Origin: Mobula hypostoma
Taxonomy: Eukaryota
DNA length: 64,000 nucleotides
NCBI RefSeq assembly: GCF_963921235.1
Contig: NC_086108.1
Location: 61,010,001-61,074,000, forward strand
Reading direction: 5' to 3'
Shown: positions 1 through 11,649 of the stretch, piece after piece
How positions within the stretch are numbered: position 1 is the stretch's first letter
Layout: every line of letters begins with the position of its first letter
The notes under the pieces: generated by a model
Seen by the model: only the letters and a program-made list of their open reading frames with translations
What the model was told of the DNA's origin: nothing
The model's database searches: none
Made by a program: the position numbers and the translations under genes

Positions 1-312
1 GTCTGGTGTCCACTGCCCTGGAACCGCTGTCCATTCCTCACATGTCCGTTCTCTCTGCTCGCCTCCCGAAAAAGCCCGCACTCCTCAACTCAGCACACAT
101 ATACAAGATAACAGAACATGACATCCATTGGCTAACAAATGAATACAATTTCCATTATCACACTGTATAACCCAAACATTGCAGTTACAGAGAACCCCTT
201 GCTCAGCAGTTAACATTATGAGAAGCCATTTTAATATAACACTTCAGAGAAGCCATTTTGATAATAAGCGATCAATAGTTAACAGTCCACCTAGTACACT
301 GAGAGCCCTACA
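1..312 (-). mobile_element. Possible LTR fragment
   Basis: Ends in CCCTACA at 312 (TGTAGGG on minus) and has an internal repeat GAGAAGCCATTTT x2. The other end is outside the window. Confidence 0.3.
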
Positions 313-437
313 CTTATTATTATAACCAAAAGAATTGGCAGTTGGTAGCAGGGATATAGACTAATACAAGCAAACGTAACTTAGAATATTTGTGTTTAGC
401 ATGGAGGTGGTAACAGCTCCTAAGGTGTAAAGGGAAG

Positions 438-576
438 CAGTCCTGAAGAAGAGTCTTGGCCCAAAACTTCAACTGTTTGTCTGTTTGTTCACTTCCATGG
501 AGGCTGCCTGACTTGCTGAGTTCTTGCATCATTTTCCGTGTGTTGCTCTGGATTTCCAGCGTCTGCAGAATTTCTT
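438..576 (+). mobile_element. Short PLE-derived 3' end with degenerate hammerhead
   Basis: GTCCTGAAGAAGAGTCTTGGCCCAAAAC...GCTGCCTGACTTGCTGAGTTC...TTTCCAGCGTCTGCAGAAT matches the PLE 3' ends elsewhere in the window. Confidence 0.65.
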
Positions 577-579
577 AAG

Positions 580-1480
580 CCTATGTTCTGTTAGGCTGAT
601 GACACACTGCCACAGTCGATGGCACCTATCTCTCTGCAGTAAGCAACATTGCCTGCAGCAGTCTCTCTTCAAAGTTCCCCTTGTCTGGGTTTGATAACAT
701 ATGACCACAGACATCCTTGCCTGGATGTTGTCTTTGATCCTTGCATTACCACAACTTCCACACTCCCTCCCGTAGAGGACAACATAAATCTTACTGAATT
801 TCAATAGAGTCAAGTCTCTGAAACTTAGTGACAGTTTCATCATGGACAGTTGGCTGTTGATATCAGGGATGTACGTGCAACACTCCTGGCTAGTAATGGC
901 ACAAGTACCACCTCTCTTAGACAACAGAAAGTCTAGTGCTAGTTGATTTTGAAGGTCCACAGTATTGATTGCCAGCATTTCAGCAGTAATGTCATTGATG
1001 GCCTGGCTCATATCATGTAGCAATAAGGTTGTATCATTAGCTAATTTCTCCAGCAGTGCTGAGGGCATGTTAATGCTTTCATGAGCCAGTCTGGCAGGCT
1101 CCCAGAACAGGAATACTACAGTCCAGAAACAGTAGGTTTCCATAGTCCTTCAGTGTCAGCTCCACATATTGGTTACTTAAAGTGGCAAAAAGCAAAGATC
1201 AAGAGTTTAGCCCTTCAGTCCTTTTTCAAGAAGGTTGTTCTGGCCCTGGTCCAGTAGCACTGCTGGCTTAACGCATGAAGTGTGTACCAGCATTGACTTT
1301 CCTTGGACATTTAAGGTGAATACTGTATGTGGTCAGCTACACTTGGAAAACACCTCCCCAGTGGGGATCTCGGCTGTTCTTTTGTTGGCAGGCTGTCAGC
1401 AGTATCCAATCTCCCAGCTGGTAGGCATGGCACTCTGCACACAGCGCAATCTTCTTGGATTTAATTACTTGTTGATAGAA
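580..1480 (-). mobile_element. Endogenous retrovirus remnant, env (TM and degraded SU)
   Basis: ORF 529-1143 contains heptad repeats, the immunosuppressive motif LQNQLALDFLLSKRGGTC and CX6CC (CAITSQECC), typical of gamma-type Env. It is frameshifted and degenerate. Confidence 0.85.
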
Positions 1481-1689
1481 ACCTTTAAGAGCTTATATTA
1501 GTGCTATACAATAATGCAGCTTTCAGTAGTAAGGATGTTCATCTGTTTAATTAAAAGGCAACTAGCAAGTACATGGAAAGTCCCAAAACTATCTCATGTG
1601 AAGATAGACCTGTCACGTCATTTGGAGTGCAGCACATTGTCATGACAGCCTGTCAAAGTCCCCCTGGCCGCTTTAACTCCGTCCTGTTG

Positions 1690-2110
1690 TGCAATTAAGC
1701 TAACCTGCATTTCAAGGTCCCATTCTGTCTTTCAGCTGCCCCGTAAGACTAGAACAGTAAGGGCAGGTGAAATGATAACATTGAATATTGGTGTTTTGCA
1801 TGTTTTTGTGAGTGTAGACCGTTATCACTTGAGATTTTCTCTGGAATCCCAAACCTGGGAATACATTCTCATAATAAAAATTACCAGCAGTTTCAGCACC
1901 ATTTCTCTGAGTTGGATAAACTTTTAGCCATGCATTATCACAACCCGTACATTGAGGTAACTGTATAAAGTCTATTTGGAGATGTACAGACAGCCTCCTG
2001 GGCGAGGGCCCAGCGGCAGCAGATGTCGACAGTGTCATTCAGGATTATGTCTCTGGCAAATCATATCATTACTACTCATGCTATCTGTTGGACTCTCGCA
2101 TTATCAAGAG
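1690..2110 (-). mobile_element. ERV remnant, integrase fragment
   Basis: HLQIDFIQLPQC...WLKVYPTQRNGAETA resembles the class I (gamma/epsilon-like) integrase core start. It lies upstream of env on the same strand. Confidence 0.7.
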
Positions 2111-3489
2111 CTACTTAATGTTGCAGGACTCTTTACCCAGAAAGAAAGCTGATGTGCAGCTTTCCATATCATATCACCATTTTTGTAAGGATATAGATGA
2201 CTGGAAATATTGTAAATGATAAACCTTTTGTTCATACTTTTTTTCATTTGGGTCAATAATATCAAGCTGCACTTGTTTTATGCCTTTACACACCATCTTA
2301 GTGTGTAATCAGATGAAGGCAGTCACTGATCTGGGGACAGTAGAAGGAGTGACCCAGAATTGGCTTTTTTAATGAGGTAGGCTTCTTAAATAGCGCAAGG
2401 AAAAACAGATGAAAAATGTGAGCTCACCTCATTAGGGCTTTTTAGTCATAGAGGGTAAATGGTGAAATGGGCCCATTGGGTTAAATTAGCCTGATTCAAT
2501 GCAGTTTAAAACATCCAAGTGTTTTATTCTCTTCATCTGTCAAGAGGGGGCACTCTGGTATCAGTGAGCAACATATTTATTGTTGCCATACCTGAGCAAC
2601 AGCTTACTTCAGACATAATATGTAGCAGTCTGGCTGTTACCACCTTTGCTCTTTGAGGATAATATAAATCAAAGGTTGAATTAATATTTCAACATTATTA
2701 AATGCATGTATGTTTAAAAATGATTTTAAAGCTATAGTCAGATACACATTATTTGGTCGCAAAAACTGACAATTATACTGAGCATGAGTGTGCTCTATTA
2801 TTCAAATTTATACATAAAAGACATGAAGCCTTTTGAAAAGTTTTGGAAAAGAAAAGAGTGACAGTGTTTGCTTTTCTAGTGCATGTCTGAAAACTGTAGC
2901 TGCTGAAGGTTTATCTGCTTTGATCTGAAAGACTCCCAAAAGTAAAGTGAGTCTGCAAGTAACAGAAAGGGAGCAGACACCCACCCACCAACTGTTTGCC
3001 TCCTTCTAAAAGATTCCCGGGTTTACTGATCACACCAGATGACACAGATGAGGCCCTTTTTCAATGCTCAAAAATACAGATGCATTGCTCTTCTTTTTCA
3101 TTACATTACACACACGAAACTGAATTTTTCTCCAAAGGATCATGTGAATCCATTGACTGCTGGGTCAAAGTGTGCTATTCAGATCATGATTAGCAGTCAA
3201 AATTGAGCCATTCTTGACACCTCTGACTGCTCATCGTAAGTACACAGATGGCAGGTTTTCAAATCGGCTGTCTACTTAATGATGATATTACCTACATAAT
3301 GCTCCCTTATGGTGTTGCTGTGGTTCTGAGACTCATCAGGTATTGGATGCTGAGAAAACAGATGGGTTTTCATAAAGCTTCTGTCCCTTCAACAGTGCAA
3401 TTTTAAGTGGGTCTCCCTGCGCAGGTCCCAACCTGCATTGGGAATACAAGTCAGGTAGATCCCCTTGATTTGGTTATCTTTTGAATCAG

Positions 3490-3810
3490 CGCTGGCGCAC
3501 CTCAGGGGTGTGTGCTTAGCCCACTGCTTTTCTCTCTCTACACCCATGACTGTGTGTCTCAGCACAGCTCAAAAGCCATCTATAAATTTGCAGACGACAC
3601 AACTATTGATGTCAGAATTTCAGATGGTAACGAGAGGGTGTACAGAAGTGAGATATATCAGCTAGTTGAATATATATTTTATATATATACTTACTGCAAT
3701 TCACAGTTTTTTCTCTATTATTATATATTACATTGTACTGCTGCTGCAAAGACAACAAATGTCATGACATATGCCGATGATATTAAACTTGATTCTGATT
3801 CTGATTATGA
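3490..3810 (+). mobile_element. Rex1/Babar-type LINE fragment, internally deleted
   Basis: GAPQGCVLSPLLFSLYTHDC...YKFADDTT RT motifs followed by a 3' UTR and (GATTCT)n tail. Confidence 0.75.
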
Positions 3811-5393
3811 CTCCTTTAGGTCCGTATCAATCTGTTCTACCTAACCCTGCCCACCCATCATAGCTCACCATCCTTGGCCAATGGTCACAACCACCAGTCT
3901 CTTGACTCTTCCTGTCCCCAGTTAGTTGATCATGATTCCACTCACATCTCAGAACCCAATCCACAATACTCGTTGACCTCTAGGGCCCAGGAGTTCCAAA
4001 GTTCTTACTACTCTCAGCTCTTAACCTGCTGCTCACAGTGCAAAAGCACCAATGCAAGGCACCTCCCAATCCCAGGCACAGTCTGAGAACTCATGTACTT
4101 ACATGCAGTGCTGTATTTTACCTCCCCAACCAGAACAAAATATACTGAACCCTGTCACTGCCCAGATCCTAATCATAACTATTTTTTTCTGCCAGTCCCT
4201 GATCATAACCTGACCCTAAATGCTGAACCTCTCTCCCCACAATTTGGCCTGCTGATATATATTTTTCCTGCAATAGTATAGCACCCTGTGGGAAATGTGT
4301 AGACCCATTCGGTTTCATCAGCAGCTTGGGATCTTGAGCGTGACCAAAAGTTCATGCAGCAGGCCGACGGACAACATGGTTGGTAACTCACCACTATATG
4401 ACCATTTACTGCATCTCTGTGGGTGCCAATGAATTTCTCGAGAAACGTATTCTTAGTATGAAGACACACAATATTTTTATTGCAAAAACACAAATGGCCT
4501 TCTGAGAAGTTCAAGGAAAGCCTAAGTTGTATGTGTTGGAGTTGATCAAAGGAATCAAACAAATTGTATAATCAACAAGTTGATTGAATAAAATTACATC
4601 AGAAGACATTCAGCCTTCTGTAATCACTGAAAATGGTGTTTCTTCAATGCTTGGTGTTGGAGATGATCCATTGTATGTTAGAGAATCCTACCGATTTTCA
4701 ATTTTTTTGAGATTCATCTACACTGACAATTCATCGAACAAATGAAGGTGAAAATTACCCTTAGTGGGCCTTAGCTTTCTCATACTAATAGTCTGCTCAA
4801 TTTCCTTCAATGTCCTCCCACTTGGAACTGAAGAGGCTTTCGGATTACCTGACAAATACGCAGCAGATTGCATTAATTCTTTGATGTACATAGCAGACAA
4901 ATTGCAAAGTCATTCCAATTGCAATAACTTAAATGGAAATATGATTAGGTGTAATGAGTTAAACATAATCTATATTTTCTGGAAAATACTCAAAGACTAA
5001 TGTCATTTTGGAATTGATTTCAGGGGAGACAACAATCTTAAATGTTCTAGTCTAATTATTAACTTTATTAACTTTTGAAAAGTTTAAGTGGAGGATTACA
5101 AGATCAAACAAATATTCATGTCAAACTTAGAATGGACAATTTACATTGCTGTTAATCATTCATTGGGAAAAGCTGCTTGTTCAGTTTTCCTCAGTTTATC
5201 TAAGACAATGTCATCATCACATCCCCTGATACCCCCTGCCCACCCCCACCCGAGCTGTTCAGCCATTCCCAATCTTGCAACACTACCACCTGTTTGGAAA
5301 ATTGCAACATCTAGCATTCTTGCTGCTAGAAACTAGTGGATTGATATAGGCTGTAATTTTTCTTATTTTATAAAGTTTTATTTAGCCCAAAGA

Positions 5394-5479
5394 ATGAATT
5401 TGCTTATGAGTTGTCTCTCATCTTTTGCATGCTTATTGCTTTTTACTCAATTTGTCGATTTGAATCTGATCAACAACAG
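5394..5479 (+). CDS. C8A: Complement C8 alpha, coding exon 1 (signal peptide)
   Basis: ATG at 5394 gives MNLLMSCLSSFACLLLFTQFVDLNLINN + AG, then donor GTTTGT at 5480. Hydrophobic signal-like peptide; the phase-2 end matches the single leading base of exon 2 (AG+A = Arg). Confidence 0.7.
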
Positions 5480-6849
5480 GTTTGTGTTTTATCTCTTCGA
5501 TGGTACAGAGTGGTTTGAAGTATTGTTTTGCTATTTATAGTTTAATTATAAAGATTGAAAGATTAAAAAGATGAAAGGTTGCCATGCAACGTACACTAAA
5601 TTACAATGAATATTTGATTGTGATCCAGCTTAATGAACATATAGATATATGTAAATAGGTGTGTTCATATGGTAAAAGATCACTTGCTTTTTTCCCCTCT
5701 AATGCATATTGTATCAAATTTCCTTGCAGCTGAGAAAACGAACTTAAATCATGAGGGGTGTGCTGCCCCATTTAGACTCGTAAGGTCATACAGCACTACA
5801 GAGGCAGAAACTTTGGCCCATCTAGTTCATGCCGAACTATTAATCTGTCTTGTCCCATTGACCTGCACCTGAACCACAGACCTCCGCAGCCCTCCCGTCC
5901 ATGTACTTATTCAAACTTCTCTTAAATGTGGAGATCAGTCCCACATCCAATACTTCCCCGCTGGCAGCACATTCGCATTCTCACCACCCTCTTTAGCATC
6001 TGGCTGTGTGTTTTTTTTTATGAGTTGCTAGTTTGGCGCTCAACCCAACACAGATGGAAAGTGTGCGAGGAGCCGGACGGATTCGAACTCGAGACCACTT
6101 GCCTCAAAGTCTGGTACACCACTGGCTGGCCTACCCTAACAAGACACCGGATAAGTTTTAATGAAATATATGTAGATATATGTAAACAGGTATGTTAGTA
6201 TGGTAAAATATCACTTGCGTTTTTCCTCCCTCTAATCCATATTGTATACAATTTTCTTCCAGCTGAGATATTATTTCCAAGCATGCAGTGAGTTACTGTC
6301 CACTGAAGGAGCATGACTCCCTTCTTCACGGCATGTCCAATATCGTAGCGCAGCTGCCTTGTACTGAGGGATCTAGCTGAATGAAAGCATGAACCATCAT
6401 CTCCTGCTCCGCTCTTCCCAAATTAAACAAAAATTCCATGAATCTCCAGGAATGAAAAGATAATTGGCATGTTTTCTTTTCTTTCATTTCTTAAATCCTA
6501 TTTCCATAGTTTGTCTAAAATAACTTTTGACTGGTTCTTTCACTTGTACATGTGTTAGCTGGTGCTCATCTGCTTAACTGGATCTGATCCATTTCTCTCA
6601 TACTTTTACAAAGTACACCAAAGTTCTGCAAAGGTTTAATCCTGCCTCAGACTGATCTCCCATCCTACAGTGGTCCTGCTCTTATTTTTCTAGCCCTAGC
6701 CTCCCTCACCATGCCCTCTTAATCCCTACTGTGATTCCAGCAGTTTGTCCCTGAAACTTCTATTTCATTCCTGTCATTTCAAAGATGTTGGCATTACTGG
6801 TAAGGCCAACACTTCAACTTTACCTTAATTGTCCTTGGCTCTTGGAGTA

Positions 6850-7835
6850 CCGCAGTACCCTAGTGGGTAGTTTAATGCCATCACAGCTCGGGCATTGGAG
6901 TTCAGTGTTCATTGCTGACGCTGTCTGTAAGGAGTTTGTACGTTCTCCCCATAATCATGTGGTTTCCTCCTGGTGCTCCTGTTTCCACACACAGTCCAAA
7001 GATGCACCGATTTGTAGGTTAGTTGGTCATTGTAAAATTGTCCTGTGATTGGGCTAAGTCGTTGCTGGGTGGCACGGCTCATTGGGCAGGAAAGGCCCTG
7101 TGGGTTGCTGGGCAGCATGGCTCATTGGGCAGGAGAGGTCTGTGGGTTGCTGGGCAGCGTGGCTCATTGGGCAGGAAAGGCCTGTGGGTTGCTGGGCAGC
7201 ATGGCTCATTGGGCAGGAGAGGTCTGTGGGTTGCTGGGCAGCATGGCTCATTGGGCAGGAGAGGTCTGTGGGTTGCTGGGCAGCATGGCTCATTGGGCAG
7301 GAGAGGTCTGTGGGTTGCTGGGCAGCGTGGCTCATTGGGCAGGAAAGGCCTGTGGGTTACTGGGTGGTATGGCTCATTAGGCTGGAAAGGCCTGTGGATT
7401 GCTGGGCAGCATGGCTCATTAGGCTGGAAAGGCAAGTCGGTTGCTGGGCAGCATGGCTCATTGGGCTGGAAAGGCCTGTGGATTGCTGGGCAGCACGGCT
7501 CATTGGGCAGGAGAGGCCTGTTGGTTGCTGGGCAGCACGGCTCATTGGGCTGGAAAGGCCTGTGGATTGCTGGGCAGCATGGCTCATTGGGCAGGAGAGG
7601 CCTGTCGGTTGCTGGGCAGCACGGCTCATTGGGCTGGAAAGGCCTGTTGGTTGCTGGGCAGCACGGCTCATTGGGCAGGAGAGGCCTGTTGGTTGCTGGG
7701 CAGCATGGCTCATTGGGCAGGAAAGGCTTGTCACTTGCTGGGTGGTACAGCTCACTGGGCAGGAAAGGCCTGTCGGTTGCTGTGCAGCACGGCTCATTGG
7801 GCTGGAAAGGCCTGCTGTGTGCTGTATCTCTAAAT
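6850..7835 (+). mobile_element. tRNA-derived V-SINE (HE1-like) with amplified 3' tail
   Basis: V-SINE-like core GGTTTCCTCCTGGTGCTCCTGTTTCCACACACAGTCCAAAGA, ending GTGCTGTATCTCTAAAT. Related copies at about 34220-34445 and 53935-58216. Confidence 0.75.
7075..7818. repeat. 42-bp minisatellite, about 17-18 copies
   Basis: Unit GGCTCATTGGGCAGGAGAGGTCTGTGGGTTGCTGGGCAGCAT repeated in tandem. The 14-codon period explains the overlapping repetitive ORFs on both strands. Confidence 0.97.
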
Positions 7836-7969
7836 GAATACACAAAATTAAAATATGCCAGTTAGCTGCCTTCTTCATCATCTAGAGTCTTTGGGTTAAG
7901 GGTAATCCTAGACTGACATTGGTGTGGAGTTGCAGGATTTTCATCCAGAAACAATGAAAAACATCTGGG

Positions 7970-8300
7970 CGCAAACAACAGGAATTCTGCAGATGCTGGA
8001 AATTCAAGCAACACACATAAAAGTTGTTGGTGAACGCAGCAGGCCGGGCAGCATCTCTAGGAAGAGGTGCAGTTGACATTTCAGGCCGAGACCCTTCGTC
8101 AGGACTAACTGAAGGAAGAGCGAGTAAGGGATTTGAAAATGATTTTGGATCTCCCCCTCCCCCTCCAACTTTCAAATCCCTTACTCACTCTTCCTTCAGT
8201 TAGTCCTGACGAAGGGTCTCGGCCTGAAATGTCGACTGCACCTCTTCCTAGAGATGCTGCCTGGCCTGCTGCGTTCACCAGCAACTTTTATGTGTGTTGC
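7970..8300. mobile_element. Miniature inverted-duplicated PLE 3' end with two hammerheads
   Basis: Minus arm about 7970-8139, plus arm about 8140-8300. 13-bp TSD AAAAACATCTGGG at 7957-7969 and 8301-8313. Hammerhead cores at 8071-8106 (-) and 8202-8237 (+). Confidence 0.9.
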
Positions 8301-8624
8301 AAAAACATCTGGGACTTAGTGGATACCTAAAAATTATGGTCTAATTTTATGTGTGTCTTCAAGATGTCAAATAATTGGCATTATTTTATATTATCAAATT
8401 ATGCATTTCCCACCTTTGTGCTCATAGTAGAGGCTGTGGATTTAGAAGATACTGTTGAAGAAAATTAGTACTACTGTGTATCTTGTAGATGGTACACATT
8501 GTAGGCTAGATGCGATAATGGTAGAAAGCTTGGATGGTTGAGTCAGACTGAATGGATCCCAATCCTTCTTGGATTGGCAGTCAGTAATTAGTGAGATATT
8601 ATAGGGATTGTTACTTACGTAAGA

Positions 8625-8870
8625 CCACCACCCCTACTGGGGCATAGGATGCTGACGGTAGATCATCAGAGTCTTCTGTCCTGGGCCAGTCTTTCAATTT
8701 GCCTCCAGGTGTAGCTCATCTTCTTGGAGTATCCTTTGTCTCCCAGGGTTGAGACCTTTGGAGCTGCTGTTGTTGTTTCTGTAGCAATGGGATTTTACGG
8801 GATGTGGTTACTAGTTCCATACCCAACACTCCTCTTTTGCAGCTGGGCTTGGGACAATTCATGATGAAAT
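8625..8870 (-). mobile_element. RTE-derived short non-autonomous element
   Basis: Resembles an RTE 3' end (LAQDRR-like coding remnant) joined to RTE 5' UTR-like sequence; sits in an old CR1 fragment. Confidence 0.4.
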
Positions 8871-9123
8871 TACAGGGATCATTGTCAGGGCTTTAACTAT
8901 TTCTAATCTATATTAATGGCCTGAAGGCACCAGGTGTACTACCGTTGACCTTGCTAATGATCCATTGAAGGAATTTTTAATATATAAATCCCTTGCAAAA
9001 AACTCAAGAACATAGAATGTTATAATTTTCCTAATGACTAATATCAAAAACAGATAAATAGCTTTTTTTTAAAGCAGAAAGAATAATTTGTCCATAATGA
9101 ACGCTTTTCTTTACTTTACTCAG

Positions 9124-9241
9124 ATCATTATATTCCTTTTCTAATCACTTTGTTCGAAACATCCGAAGCTTAGTTCCACTTGATTGTCAACTTGGTCAGT
9201 GGGCTGCATGGACTGAATGTTTTCCTTGTGAAGCAAAAAAG
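9124..9241 (+). CDS. C8A: C8 alpha exon 2 (propeptide, TSP1 start)
   Basis: Pyrimidine tract + CAG acceptor, AG|GTAAGA donor. Encodes SLYSFSNHFVRNIRSLVPLDCQLGQWAAWTECFPCEAKK: RxxR site and WxxWxxC TSP1 motif; resembles recalled human CQLSNWSEWTDCFPCQDKK. Confidence 0.93.
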
Positions 9242-11649
9242 GTAAGATTACACAGAAAAAGTTAACTTTTAGTTATTGGAATAATCAATGTTGAAACAAA
9301 AATATTTGTTGCAGAAGTTAAAATTTAAAGAGTAAATGATGGAACTACTATATACAGCAGGTCAAACAGTAATCTGAAAGAGGATATTAAAAGACTTTTC
9401 TTTATACAATGTACCATATTAAACACATTTTGAAGTCTCAATTTCACTATCATAACCTTCCTGGTTATATTTCATATAATCACATAAACTACTGGACTGC
9501 CTCTACGCTGCTCTGTCAACTAGTCCTAAATGAAAGAAGTAGTTTCTGCTACCTTGCAGTAATTTCTCATTTCCATTTAAGAAGTTTTACAGTCTTTTAA
9601 GTGATGTTGTTAATCTAATAACAATGTCCTAAATTATGAGTAACTTTGTGGTGATTCATTGCTACGATCTACAGTTTCCATGCCTCTGTCCATTGTCTAA
9701 TGACAAGCTAGTTATTACTGCATTGGCATCTTTCTTGATTCTGACAGTTTTCAACCCAAACAGCATTTCTGCCACGAAGGCAGGTATGCGTCTACTTGAC
9801 TCTGAAAGCTTGATGCTGAAACTTGGCTTTGTTAACTCTAACTATTCTATTAGTCGCGAGAATAGCCTGCCAGCTTTCACCCACTGTACCCCATGCAAAA
9901 ATCCACTGTTCATATCCCAATTCATATATCATCAGTTCTATTCGGTAATGCTGTGAATTTAAAATTATTGTCCATGTTTTCAAATCCTTCCATGCCCTTT
10001 TCCCTCTCCGCCCTCGCAGTTTTTTATGAACCTACAACATCCTGAGATCTTTGCCTCTTGCACTTTTTCAGTGTTTGAGCCTCTTGCACATACTCAATTG
10101 TGACTGAAGGCTATCTTAAAGGAGGTGAGAGAGGTACAGAAATTGGGTAGTGTAGGAAGGGATTTTCAGAGCTGGGGCAATTCAAAAATTGAATATGTGC
10201 AAAAGGCTCAACTTTTGCCCCAGCTTTGGAACTCCCTTACCAATCTTCCCAACTTCTCTTCCTCTCTTACCTCCTTTAGGATTGACCTTAGTCACATTCA
10301 GATTGAAGTAGTTTTTGGCTACAAGTCATAATATTGAAGTATGTGCCTTGTTGTCAAAGTTGTTAAACTATGATCTTGTGTAAAATCTTGTGGCTCTTTA
10401 CAGCAGGTGTTATATAAATTAAAGTTCTTAATGTTGTTGCTAAGAACTAATGGAGATCCCAATTGAGGTCTTGTCTGAGGTCCCATCAGTCGGTTATCAA
10501 GACTACACCCGTATTTGACCTCCTATTCCAATATCCAACTCATTTCACAACCTATCCTATACAGAGAAGAACAACTTCAACATTTAATCTGTCATAAAAC
10601 ATCTGTTCCTCCCACCAAATATTTTTTTCAGATTCTATTCAACAATCCAAGTATATTCAATAAATAAGTGTGCTATATTTCATATCAATTACTAAAGATA
10701 TAGTCTATATTGCTGTAATATCACCATATTCCAAGTAATATCAGATTTACTTTTCATTTATGTAATTAAAATATCTTTTATTTCAAAATTTGTGATATAC
10801 TGACTTTATTCATGTTCATTGAAATGGGGAGGAAGAGCAGAGCATTTTATATTTATGAATATAATTTCTGATACCCCTTGATTATGATTGATAATTAGAC
10901 TGAACCATAGGAACCCTTATATGTTATGGTACTGAAAAAAATTAAATCAAAATCCAAGTCTGTAGTGTAGGACACAGTCAATACTGCCAAGAGTAAAAGA
11001 AAATGTATGTAATAGATTTTTTGACACAAAGTAAATTTTAAAATATCTCCATATATTTCAGAAGATTGGAGGAGATATAAAATTCCAATTTTGAAGGATC
11101 TAGGGAAGAATCAGCTAAAATTAAATATAAAGCAATGATTCTAGACAGTAATAAAGGGCAACAGGAAATTTGAAGTCAATATTGTTCTTTCTGAACTGGT
11201 TTCATAAATCCTAGGAAACACATATGATTTCAACATAGCTTGCATCTGCCAACAAATGTATTTATTCAGCTATCTTTTACAAATGTTATCTCTTGTCAGG
11301 TAAAATTCACATGAATATCTTCACGGACAGATAACGTGTTAAATGAGATCTATAATTTACATATTTGAACTGGCTTATAGCTGAAACTATTAACACCTGT
11401 CATTTTGTGCAGTAGTGTGCAACAAAAATTTTGATGTTCTTATTACAATACCATGTTTCTATAAGAAATTGATGCAGGTTTTAAAGAAAAAAATAGAGAA
11501 TTCTGATTGTAAATAGTTCAGAATGCTTTTTTGGTATATACATAGCATTTTATGTACCAACCAGTGATTTCAATGCGAGGATACCAATAGAAATCTGCAA
11601 ACTCCCTGTTGATTGACACTTAACAAAGAATACGGATTAGTAGAGGTTT

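Noticed and set aside
2996..3240. Candidate coding first exon of C8A ending at GTAAGT (3236)
   Set aside because: Frames from nearby ATGs stop before the donor and none encodes a signal peptide; 5394-5479 fits better. Kept only as a possible UTR exon.
4203..5000. ORFs of 60-119 aa upstream of C8A that could be a divergent neighbouring gene
   Set aside because: No recognisable domain or consistent splice structure; stops interrupt all extensions.
7023..7881. Several long repetitive ORFs (up to 280 aa) on both strands; superficially CRISPR-like periodicity
   Set aside because: By-product of a 42-bp (14-codon) minisatellite; there are no unique spacers and no cas genes, and the context is eukaryotic.
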